Shown: positions 1 through 8,126 of the stretch, piece by piece
How positions within the stretch are numbered: position 1 is the stretch's first letter
Layout of the letters: each line of letters begins with the position of its first letter
Source of the DNA: an uncultured bacterium
GTDB taxonomy: Bacteria > Oederibacteriota > PGYV01 > CAWJRG01
NCBI GenBank assembly: GCA_963845185.1
Contig: CAWJRG010000010.1
Location: 256,001 to 320,000 of the forward strand
Length of the DNA: 64,000 nucleotides
Direction of reading: 5' to 3'
The notes under the pieces: model-generated
Seen by the model: the letters and a program-made list of their open reading frames with translations, nothing else
The model's database searches: none
What the model was told of the DNA's origin: nothing
Position numbers and translations under genes: made by a program

Positions 1-1285
1 TGGCCCTGTTAAAATCTTGAATTGCTTCTTTTAAATCGCCTAAATTTTTTTCGGCAACTCCGCGGTTATAATAAGCATCTGCGTATTTAGGGTTAAGTTC
101 TATTGCCTTGTTAAAATCCTTCATTGCCCCTTTGTTGTGGCCTGATTTGCCCTTGGCAATACCGCGGTTGCTGTAGGCATTCGCGTCCAATGGGTCAATT
201 TTGATTGTCTTGTCATAATCTATAACAGCGTTCTTTAAGTCGCCAAATTTGCATTTAGCAAGCCCACGGTTTTCATAAGCCGGCACATATTTCGGGTCAA
301 GTGCAATTGCCGTATCAAAATCTTTAATCGCTTCTTCAAGCCTGTTTAAGTTATATTCGACAATACCGCGCCCGGTGTAAGCTTTCGCATCCTTCGGGTC
401 AAATTCAATTGCCTTGTCAAAATCTTTGATCGCTTCTTTAAAATCCTTTAAATTGTATTTGGCAATGCCGCGCCCGGTATAGGCTCTCGCGCCCTTCGGG
501 TCAAACGCTATTGCCTTGTTAAAATCTTCAATAGCACTATTAAGGTCATGTAAATTATATTTGGCAGTTCCGCGGTTGTAATAAGCATCTGCGTTCCTAG
601 GATCAAACTCTAATAATTTGTCATAATCCCTAACCGCATTATTAAAATCGCGTAGATTTATTTCGGCAAGACCCCTGCCAAAATAAGCCTGCGCATCCGC
701 AGGGACAAGCTCTATTGCCCTGTCGTAATTAATAATAGCACCTGTATAATTGCCCAATTGATATTTGGCAAATCCACATGTATCAAATGCATAAACAGAC
801 TTTGGGTCAAGCGTGATTGCTTTGGTGCAATCCTTAATTGCGCCTTTATAGTCGCCCAGGTTGTTTTTGGTTAACGCGCGGCTTGAAAAATTTGCCGAAT
901 CCTCCGGGTCAAGTTCTATTGCCCTGTTAAAATCCTTGATTGCGCCCGAAAAATCCTTTAACGCATTTTTGGCATTCCCTCGGCCATAGTAGGCTTTTGA
1001 AAGAGACGAGTCTAACTTTATTGCTTTGTTACAGTCTTCAATGGCTCCTTTGTTGTCAATATTGCATTTCGCCCTTCCGCGGTAAGAGTACGCTTCGGCA
1101 TTCTTGGGTTCAAGATCAATTACTTTGTCAAACCATTTTATTGCTTCGTCAAATTTTCCTGAGTCAAATGCAGTTTTACCTTCCGAAAAACATTTATCAG
1201 CATCATTATTATCAGAATAAATAAAAACTCCAAAATAAAATATAAATACAAAAAAAATTGATATATTCAAAATTTTTTTTCCCAT
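1..1285 (-). CDS. Exported tetratricopeptide-repeat protein (partial, runs off the window start)
   Basis: Not in the ORF track. Manual translation from ATG 1285 (SD GGAGG): MGKKILNISIFFVFIFYFGVFIYSD (hydrophobic N-terminus), then about 12 tandem 34-aa TPR units, e.g. ADAYYNRGTAKYNLHDLNSAIEDFNKAIAFDP. Confidence 0.9.
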   Translation of the reverse strand, partial: MGKKILNISIFFVFIFYFGVFIYSDNNDADKCFSEGKTAFDSGKFDEAIKWFDKVIDLEPKNAEAYSYRGRAKCNIDNKGAIEDCNKAIKLDSSLSKAYYGRGNAKNALKDFSGAIKDFNRAIELDPEDSANFSSRALTKNNLGDYKGAIKDCTKAITLDPKSVYAFDTCGFAKYQLGNYTGAIINYDRAIELVPADAQAYFGRGLAEINLRDFNNAVRDYDKLLEFDPRNADAYYNRGTAKYNLHDLNSAIEDFNKAIAFDPKGARAYTGRGIAKYNLKDFKEAIKDFDKAIEFDPKDAKAYTGRGIVEYNLNRLEEAIKDFDTAIALDPKYVPAYENRGLAKCKFGDLKNAVIDYDKTIKIDPLDANAYSNRGIAKGKSGHNKGAMKDFNKAIELNPKYADAYYNRGVAEKNLGDLKEAIQDFNRA

Positions 1286-1379
1286 GAAGCCTCCGCCTGA
1301 AATTAAAAACAATAACCAATTATTAGTATAACTCCTGTTTATGGGCCTGTCAATGATGAGCGCTGAATTATATTAACTC

Positions 1380-1443
1380 AAAAAAAAGAGGCAGGCCAAG
1401 GGAGTTGGAGGGGAATAAATGGGGGGGGTAAATGGCCTGCCCC
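1380..1443 (-). terminator. GC-stem hairpin with large C-rich loop and T-tract (sibling A)
   Basis: Inverted repeat GGCAGGCCA...TGGCCTGCC followed by a T run on the minus strand, 20 nt after the stop of the YHS gene. Confidence 0.7.
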
Positions 1444-1462
1444 AGGTGTTTCTACTCTATGT

Positions 1463-1948
1463 TTACTTTACATATTTATCTGGATTGTTTGCGAACTCGT
1501 CTATGCACTGATTGCAGCAAACGTAATATGTTTTGCCTTTATAGGCAAGCACTGCAGTAGCGTCTTTCTTTTTTAGTTTTTTTCCCATGACAGGGCACTG
1601 TACCATGTCATTTGGGTTTCCTTCAAGCTTTGCCTCGGTCACTCCATTTTTTGGAGTGATAGCCCCTGCTTTCTTTCCACAGCAGAATTTCGTGAATTTG
1701 GCGCCTTTTTCCTGTATCTCTTTGATTGTTGCTTTGTCCGCTGATGTCACCAGCACCTGAATGCCGTCTTTCGTGTTCACAACCTTTACTGTTGCACCCT
1801 TAACGCAAAATGGGCAGTTGCAGTTATCCATCATTTTACATTGGCCGCCGTTTTTCATATCTTTCATGTCGCTGCAGGCCGCATATATGCCAGATGTGGC
1901 GATCGCTGTGATTACTGTAAAAAATAGAATCATTATCGACTTTTTCAT
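1463..1948 (-). CDS. Exported Cys/Met-rich protein with C-terminal YHS/TRASH domain
   Basis: Signal peptide; CKMMDNCNCPFC segment; C-terminal CPVMGK...YKGKTYYVCCNQCIDEFANNPDKY. Confidence 0.85.
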   Translation of the reverse strand: MKKSIMILFFTVITAIATSGIYAACSDMKDMKNGGQCKMMDNCNCPFCVKGATVKVVNTKDGIQVLVTSADKATIKEIQEKGAKFTKFCCGKKAGAITPKNGVTEAKLEGNPNDMVQCPVMGKKLKKKDATAVLAYKGKTYYVCCNQCIDEFANNPDKYVK

Positions 1949-2068
1949 TTATTTCACCTCCTTTCATGTTATTCATTTGTTATTCACTTTATAGTTCATT
2001 TTACTTTACTTCTTTATTTGCGCATTCAACGAATCCGCTAACAATGTTGCGGAAATCTTTTTTATTTT

Positions 2069-2332
2069 TCATCCTCCAATCATTTTAATGGATTTTAGTA
2101 ATTCCGGCCATTTAACAACGGCAATCACGGCAATGACAATTATATAAGCCGTACCGAGTATGATGCCGGCATATGCGAATTTTTTCCCGCTTTTTCCCTC
2201 ATAAAATATTTCTCTTAATCCCAACCATCCCGCTATTATCGCGATTACGGCTTTTTCAATACCAAAAAAATGTACAAATGACAAAATCCCGATGACAAGA
2301 CTCAATACTGCTATCTTACTTTTGTTGTTCAT
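2069..2332 (-). CDS. Small membrane protein (DUF4190-like)
   Basis: AVLSLVIGILS...GLREI...GKKFAYAGIILG pattern. Start placed at MNNKSK behind SD GGAGG, overlapping the anti-sigma stop. Confidence 0.7.
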   Translation of the reverse strand: MNNKSKIAVLSLVIGILSFVHFFGIEKAVIAIIAGWLGLREIFYEGKSGKKFAYAGIILGTAYIIVIAVIAVVKWPELLKSIKMIGG

Positions 2333-2852
2333 GTATATTCCCTCCCTGCATGCATTTATTTTCACAGTTTTTATTCTTGCAGCACTGGCAAAGCATCATG
2401 CCGCATTTGTCGCAAAAATCTGAAAAATTTAGAGGCGCTAAAATCTTCTGGCCTGCGTTGTTGAAAAATGACGCTTGTGCAATATCCAGCGCCTGTTTTT
2501 GCGCCCCAGCGTTATTAATTCCGTATATTCTGGGCGATGCAATTAGTAAAAAAGTAAACATGACTATCAAAGCCGACAACGCAACAGGCACAGGCAACCA
2601 TTTAAACAAAGGAAACATAATTTTTTCAGGTTGTATTGCGCTAGCTTTTTCATTGAATTTGCTTCTGAAATAATTTGACGGTTCAATATCTTTTATAGAC
2701 TTTAAAATTTCCACCTGGCTCAAAAACAGTTTATACTCTTTATTGCACTCCTGGCAGCCTGAAATATGTTGCCATATTGCCTCTTTTTCCGTCTCTTTTA
2801 CTTCACCATCTATAAAAGTTGACATCTTTTTCCTTGCTTCATTATGTTCCAT
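2316..2852 (-). CDS. Zinc-finger (ZAS) anti-sigma factor with TM helix and Cys-rich C-terminus
   Basis: HISGCQEC (HxxxCxxC) motif, one TM segment, tail FCDKCGMMLCQCCKNKNCENKC; directly downstream of the ECF sigma. Confidence 0.85.
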   Translation of the reverse strand: MEHNEARKKMSTFIDGEVKETEKEAIWQHISGCQECNKEYKLFLSQVEILKSIKDIEPSNYFRSKFNEKASAIQPEKIMFPLFKWLPVPVALSALIVMFTFLLIASPRIYGINNAGAQKQALDIAQASFFNNAGQKILAPLNFSDFCDKCGMMLCQCCKNKNCENKCMQGGNIHEQQK

Positions 2853-2986
2853 AATTTTACCTCTTTTTTTATTCTCACTTATATAAACGCAATTGGAACG
2901 AAAAACTTGCGGTAAATTTTGTTATGATCCCGTTTTTAATTTTAGTATGAATGAAAGGGCTTGAAAAAAAGAAAAATATATGCTTT

Positions 2987-3574
2987 TTATAAGTTTTTAT
3001 CTGTTTTTACTAATATCTTTTTTAGTTCCTGCCTTGCCCTGAAAAGTAATGATTCGACTGATGGGACGGTAACTTCCATTATTCTTGATATTTCTTCGTA
3101 GGACTTTTCCTCGTAAATCCTGAGAATAACAGCTATTCTCTGGCTTTCAGGAAGCGATGCCAGCGCCTTTTTTACTGTTTCCTCTGTTTCCCTTTCTTCA
3201 AGTGATTTATCGGCAGATGCTGATTTGTCCTCCACATCCATTAATATCTTGCTGTCTTCGCCTTTTGTTGTTTTGCCCGCTCCAAAATCCCTATGCATTG
3301 ACGTGTCCCTCCTTATTTTCCTTTTATAATCAATGCATACATTTGTCGCGATTTTGTAAAGCCATGTTGAAAACTTGGCGTTTGGCAGGTAATTTTTTGC
3401 TGCTTTATAAACGCGCAAAAATACTTCCTGTGCAAGATCTTCCGAGCTATTTTTATCCCATGTAAAGCGATAGGCAAAATTAATTATAGGTTTTTCATAT
3501 TTATCCATTATTTTATCAAAAGCGGATTTGTCCCCGTTTTTAAATTCCAGCATTATTTTTATATCTTCATCCAA
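2987..3574 (-). CDS. ECF-subfamily RNA polymerase sigma factor
   Basis: Region 2 (EDLAQEVFLRVY, FSTWLYKIATN) and region 4 (LPESQRIAVILR, SYEEISRIM, SVESLLFRAR). Confidence 0.93.
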   Translation of the reverse strand: MDEDIKIMLEFKNGDKSAFDKIMDKYEKPIINFAYRFTWDKNSSEDLAQEVFLRVYKAAKNYLPNAKFSTWLYKIATNVCIDYKRKIRRDTSMHRDFGAGKTTKGEDSKILMDVEDKSASADKSLEERETEETVKKALASLPESQRIAVILRIYEEKSYEEISRIMEVTVPSVESLLFRARQELKKILVKTDKNL

Positions 3575-3647
3575 GCCGAAATCCCTCCTTTAATATGCAG
3601 TTTTTAATTCATACCGTTTTGCAATTAAGTATGGCAATTATACTAAT

Positions 3648-3707
3648 AAAAAAGGGGGGCAGGCCAAGGGGGGTTTGGAGGGGAATGGGGGATAAAGGCC
3701 TGCCCCC
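3648..3707 (-). ncRNA. Candidate small RNA / terminator hairpin with C-rich loop (sibling B)
   Basis: GGGGGCAGGCC...GGCCTGCCCCC stem plus T-tract; loop shares ATTCCCCTCCAA with the 1380-1443 copy. Confidence 0.5.
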
Positions 3708-3747
3708 ACATTAAAATTATATTCTGATAACTTTATTTATTTACATA

Positions 3748-3776
3748 TTAGACGTTTCTGCACCCTGATTAGTTCA
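3748..3776 (-). promoter_or_regulatory. ECF-type promoter
   Basis: Minus strand TGAAC-N17-CGTCTAA, matching the AAC/CGT pattern of ECF promoters. Confidence 0.5.
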
Positions 3777-3989
3777 TATATAATTATGGTTTTTTATTTT
3801 TCACTCCTTACTTTCAACCTAATATAATCAATATAATTTATTTCTTTTGTCTTCGGGAGTTTTCTCCATTTATAAATCTTACCTCCAAGTAAGATTTATC
3901 ACCACTTCACTGATAATACAATATCAAATTTATCTTATTTCGTCAAGTATTTTTTTATTGTTGTTAAAACTGCTCAATAGTTGCAAAAA

Positions 3990-4298
3990 TTATCCCCATT
4001 TATTTTCTCCTTTTTCAATATTAAGTTCTCTAGTTAAAAACATACTACCGTCAGAATCTTTTTTTTCCTGTTGCGGGTTTATTGCACCCTTTAACCTTAT
4101 TATTACACCGTCTTTTGCCCCTGGCAGAGCGTCAGTCAGGCTCTTTATCAATTTCTTTGTCTTTTCAGAACTTAAATAAATATTGGGAGTATCAGGAAGC
4201 ACCAAGAATGATGTGGGTTTTAAAATAAAAATATCAACTTCCAAATCCACCATTGCCCTATCCACCTTTTCCTTTTTTACCGACTTTATATTTTTCAC
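3990..4298 (-). CDS. Hypothetical protein, paralog of 4317..4625
   Basis: VDLEVDIFILKP...P.I..S..K.KK...IRLKGAINP aligns with its neighbour. Confidence 0.7.
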   Translation of the reverse strand: MKNIKSVKKEKVDRAMVDLEVDIFILKPTSFLVLPDTPNIYLSSEKTKKLIKSLTDALPGAKDGVIIRLKGAINPQQEKKDSDGSMFLTRELNIEKGENKWG

Positions 4299-4316
4299 AG
4301 CATTACCTTCATTTGC

Positions 4317-4625
4317 TTACTCTTCACCTTTCATTTCCTCCATAATAATAAAGCTATAATCTTCTGCAGTCTCTTTCTTCGGATTTATTTCACCTTTGAT
4401 ATTTATCCTTACGAAGTCTTCAGAACCCGCAACAGCTCGCGAAAATTCGTCTTGAAATTTTTTTGCTTTTCTTTTTGAAATTATTATCATAGGATACTCA
4501 GCAATACTTGTCTGCGTGCTTGGCTTTTTAATAAAAATGTTTAAATTGAGGTCCACTCCGTTTTCGGGAATGCTATCTTTTGTTTTGCTTTTAAAAAACA
4601 TTTTTTTTATTTTTTCAAACATCAT
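4317..4625 (-). CDS. Hypothetical protein, paralog of 3990..4298
   Basis: VDLNLNIFIKKP...RINIKGEINP; start overlaps the upstream stop codon. Confidence 0.7.
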   Translation of the reverse strand: MMFEKIKKMFFKSKTKDSIPENGVDLNLNIFIKKPSTQTSIAEYPMIIISKRKAKKFQDEFSRAVAGSEDFVRINIKGEINPKKETAEDYSFIIMEEMKGEE

Positions 4626-4948
4626 CCACCGCCACTTTCTTGGTTTTCAAAAATCCTTTTTATTTCACTTACCACCTTCTGTCTTTCATAATTTTTCATC
4701 TTTTCTGCATAATATATCGCTACATTTAAAATCCCTGTGCCATGGCACTGTTTTGCCCATGTAATTTTCTTGTCGCTTGTTTCTATCTCGGTCCTCGGCT
4801 TTTCCGATTCTCCTATATCAATAAGGTAATACTTGTTGTCTTCACGAATATCTTTACATAGCATTGCATAAACGGCAGGTTTGTCATAAACCATTTTTGT
4901 TGAAGGGAAAGGTCCCTCAAAAGAATAATTTCCGAATTTTATTGTCAT
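4622..4948 (-). CDS. Small GIY-YIG-like domain protein
   Basis: PAVYAMLC...YYLIDIGES resembles a degenerate GIY...YIG motif; SD AAGGAG. Confidence 0.55.
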   Translation of the reverse strand: MTIKFGNYSFEGPFPSTKMVYDKPAVYAMLCKDIREDNKYYLIDIGESEKPRTEIETSDKKITWAKQCHGTGILNVAIYYAEKMKNYERQKVVSEIKRIFENQESGGG

Positions 4949-5004
4949 AAATCTCCTTTCATTAATTCAAATTATTATATAACAAAACCACAAAATATTG
5001 AAGT

Positions 5005-6691
5005 TCAAACTGTACTTTTATTTATTATCATTTCTTTTTGTAGTTCTTTTCCTGCAAAATCTTTCTGTACAAATATCTTTTCACTGGTAAATGGGTCTAC
5101 GCCGGTATAATACATAAACGACGACCAAGTTGACGGTGACGGCGTAAAAATCTGGGCTTGTTCCGGATTTATATGCAACTCTCTTATAATAAATTTTCTA
5201 AGTTCTTTCATTTCATCCATGCCGCATCCGGGATGCGCCGCCATCAAATAATAAGTCAAAAACTGTTTCTTACAGGCCTTTTTATTTGCTTTTTCAAATT
5301 CATTTTTAAACCGTAAAAGCGCCCCTGCGTCCGGTTTATTCATAAGGTTCAATACTTTATCATTCGTATGTTCTGGTGCTATCTTAAGCTGACCCGATAT
5401 ATGGCCGGCAGTTATTTCCTCTATGTATTCTATTCCATATTCTTTGTCGTCAAGCACAAGGTCGTAACGTATTCCGGACGCAACAAATACTTTTTTTATC
5501 CCTTTTATTTTTACTGTTTTTCTTAAAAGTTCAATTTGTTTTTTATGGCTTATTTTTAGATTTTTACAGGCTCTAGGGGACATGCATTTTTTATTTTTAC
5601 ATATATTTTCCTTGCCGCAATACATTCCGTACATATTTGCCGTTGGCCCTCCCATGTCAAGTATATAGCCTTTAAAATCCGGCAGCTTGGATATTATTTT
5701 CTACCTCATTCAGTATTGATTCCTCGCTTCTCGAAATTATTTTTCTACCCTGATGAATTGCTATTGAACAAAAATTACATTCGCCAAAACATCCCCTGTG
5801 TGTTGTTATGGAAAACCTAATAGTATCCATGGCAGCTATCCTGCCTTGTTTTTTGTAATAAGGATGAGCGTCCCTTTCGTAATCAAGGCCGTAAATTTCG
5901 TCAAGTTTCTTTTGTGTGAGGTAATAAGCCGGCGGGTTCTGGATTAAATACCTAGTGTCCTGCTTTTGAATAATACCATTCGCGAAATCAGGCTCGTTAT
6001 TTTCATAAAATTTAATAAACATATCCAAAAAATTTTTCTTGTCGGATTTTACCTCTTCAAAGGATGGCAATTCAATATATCCTTGCTTTTTTTGAGCCGA
6101 AATATAGCATATTCCCCTAGCGTTGTTTACGTTCATATTGTTTTTTAATCTACCTGCTAGTTCAATGACAGCCTTTTCCCCCATGCCGTAAATCAGGTAA
6201 TCCGCTTTTGCGTCGAATAAAATGGATTTCCTTATGCCATCAGACTGGAAATCGTAATGCGCTATGCGCCTCAGGCTTGCTTCTATGCCGCCCAGCACAA
6301 TTGGTTTTGTTTTCTTAAAATACTGTCTTATAAGGTTTGAATAAACTATTACTGCCCTGTCCGGCCTTCTAGTATTGCGTCCCCCCGGTGTAAAATCATC
6401 ACTTTTACGTCGTTTATTTAAAGGCGTAAAATTTGTGATCATTGAATCGACACAGCCGGCAGTTACTCCCCAAAAAAGTTTCGGTTCCCCAAGCCGCATT
6501 ATATCATTCCCGTTTTTTATATCCGGCTGTCCTATTATTCCAGTTTTATAACCCGCCTCCAAAAGGACTTTGCCTATGATTGAAACGCCCGAATATGGGC
6601 TGTCGATATAGGCATCACCTGTTACAAGTATGACGTCAAGGTAATCCCACTTTAATTTTTGCAATTCTTCCTTTACGGTAGGTAAAAACAC
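5005..6691 (-). pseudogene. ygiQ: YgiQ/UPF0313 radical SAM protein, frameshifted near 5700
   Basis: N-part has VTGDAYID, GGIEASLRRIAHYD and RGCFGECNFC. C-part has DMGGPTANMYG, SGIRYDL, LKIAPEH and AAHPGC. One extra base at GAGGTAGAAAATAATATCC separates the two frames. Confidence 0.85.
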
Positions 6692-6709
6692 TTTGCCCTC
6701 ATTTTTATA

Positions 6710-8092
6710 TCAGCTTTTGTATTCCAGCTTTGACATTGTCTCAATATGGTAGGTGTGTGGAAAAAGGTCAAGGGCCGTTATTTCTTTCACGGAATACATT
6801 TCCTTTAAATCGCCCAGATCCCTCGCGAACGTCGCAGGGTCACAGGAAATATAAATGATGTTTTTGATTTTATGTTTTTTTATGGCCTCTATTGTGCCTT
6901 GAGCCAAGCCTTTTCTCGGCGGGTCAAGTATCAGCGTGCTCGCCGTGTTTCTTTTAAAAACATCGTCTATTATTTGTTCGGCATCGGCGTTGATAACTTC
7001 CGTATTTTTTATATCGTTCCTTTTTATGATTTCATTAAGCATATCAATACTGTTTTTGTTGATTTCCACTATGATTATTTTTTTTAATTTTTTGTAAAAC
7101 GGCAGCGAAAGTGTTCCGACCCCGCCGTAAAGGTCTACCACCACATCACCTTCGTTTATATACTTCTCGATAAAACCCGTCATATTCTCCAGCATGTCGG
7201 TGTTTACCTGAAAAAAGGTATCCGAACCAAGCAGGTATTCTATGCCTTTAAACTTTTTGCTTATATAACTTTCCCCCCACAAAACAATTTCTTTTTCGCC
7301 GAATATCCTGTTGCCTTTTGCCTTGTTTATGTTGGCAATTATCCCTTTAATTCCTGGTATTTTTTCCCTCATATATTTTACAAGCCCCTGCATAAAAAAG
7401 TATTTTGCCGGCTCTTCTGTGACAACAAAAGTAATCAGGCTTTCGCCCTGTCTGTTTACCCTGACCGTTATATACCGTAAAAAACCCTCTTCTTTATTTT
7501 CGTTATATACAGAAATATCTTCCTTGTGCTTTAAATAAATTTTAATATGATCTATTATATCGTTGATTTTCTCGTTTATTATATAGCACCTGTGTATATC
7601 CACCACTTCATGCGTATCTGCCTTGTAAAATCCTACTGACAAACTGCCGTTTTCAAGCAAAACTTTATACTGCGCTCTGTTCCTATAGAAAAATGGGCTT
7701 TTATAGGTTATTATTTTTTCCGCTTTTACCCCGCTGGTTTTCGCTATTTTATCGAGCATGCTGTTTAAAATCTTCAGTTTATATTTCGCTTGGGCTGTAT
7801 AAATTACGTTTAGCCAGTGGCAGCCTCCGCATATGGTAAAATGCGGGCACATTGCTTTTGTGTGAAGTGGAGATTTTGTCAGGACTTCTTTTATGCGTGC
7901 TACTGCAAAATTCTTTTTTAAATCCGTAATTTTTGCTTTTACACTGTCGCCCGGCACACCGTAAGGCACAAATATCGTAAAACCTTTATTTTTTGCCACA
8001 CCTTTGCCTTCGTATGCCAGGTCTTCAATGGAAACAACTACCTCCTGGCCCTCAGCTAAATTAACCGTGCTCTCATTTTTTTTCAAACTCAA
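6710..8092 (-). CDS. rlmD: 23S rRNA (uracil1939-C5)-methyltransferase, TrmA family with TRAM domain
   Basis: CPHFTICGGC, FFQVN, DLYGGVG, LDPPRKG, YISCDPATFARD, DLFPHTYHIE. Confidence 0.9.
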   Translation of the reverse strand: MSLKKNESTVNLAEGQEVVVSIEDLAYEGKGVAKNKGFTIFVPYGVPGDSVKAKITDLKKNFAVARIKEVLTKSPLHTKAMCPHFTICGGCHWLNVIYTAQAKYKLKILNSMLDKIAKTSGVKAEKIITYKSPFFYRNRAQYKVLLENGSLSVGFYKADTHEVVDIHRCYIINEKINDIIDHIKIYLKHKEDISVYNENKEEGFLRYITVRVNRQGESLITFVVTEEPAKYFFMQGLVKYMREKIPGIKGIIANINKAKGNRIFGEKEIVLWGESYISKKFKGIEYLLGSDTFFQVNTDMLENMTGFIEKYINEGDVVVDLYGGVGTLSLPFYKKLKKIIIVEINKNSIDMLNEIIKRNDIKNTEVINADAEQIIDDVFKRNTASTLILDPPRKGLAQGTIEAIKKHKIKNIIYISCDPATFARDLGDLKEMYSVKEITALDLFPHTYHIETMSKLEYKS

Positions 8093-8126
8093 TTCAGGCC
8101 TGCCTTTCTTAAATTTATAATCTTGA

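Noticed and set aside
1..1150. 102-nt periodic DNA repeats
   Set aside because: Fully explained by 34-aa TPR units; no reverse transcriptase or template repeat to suggest a DGR.
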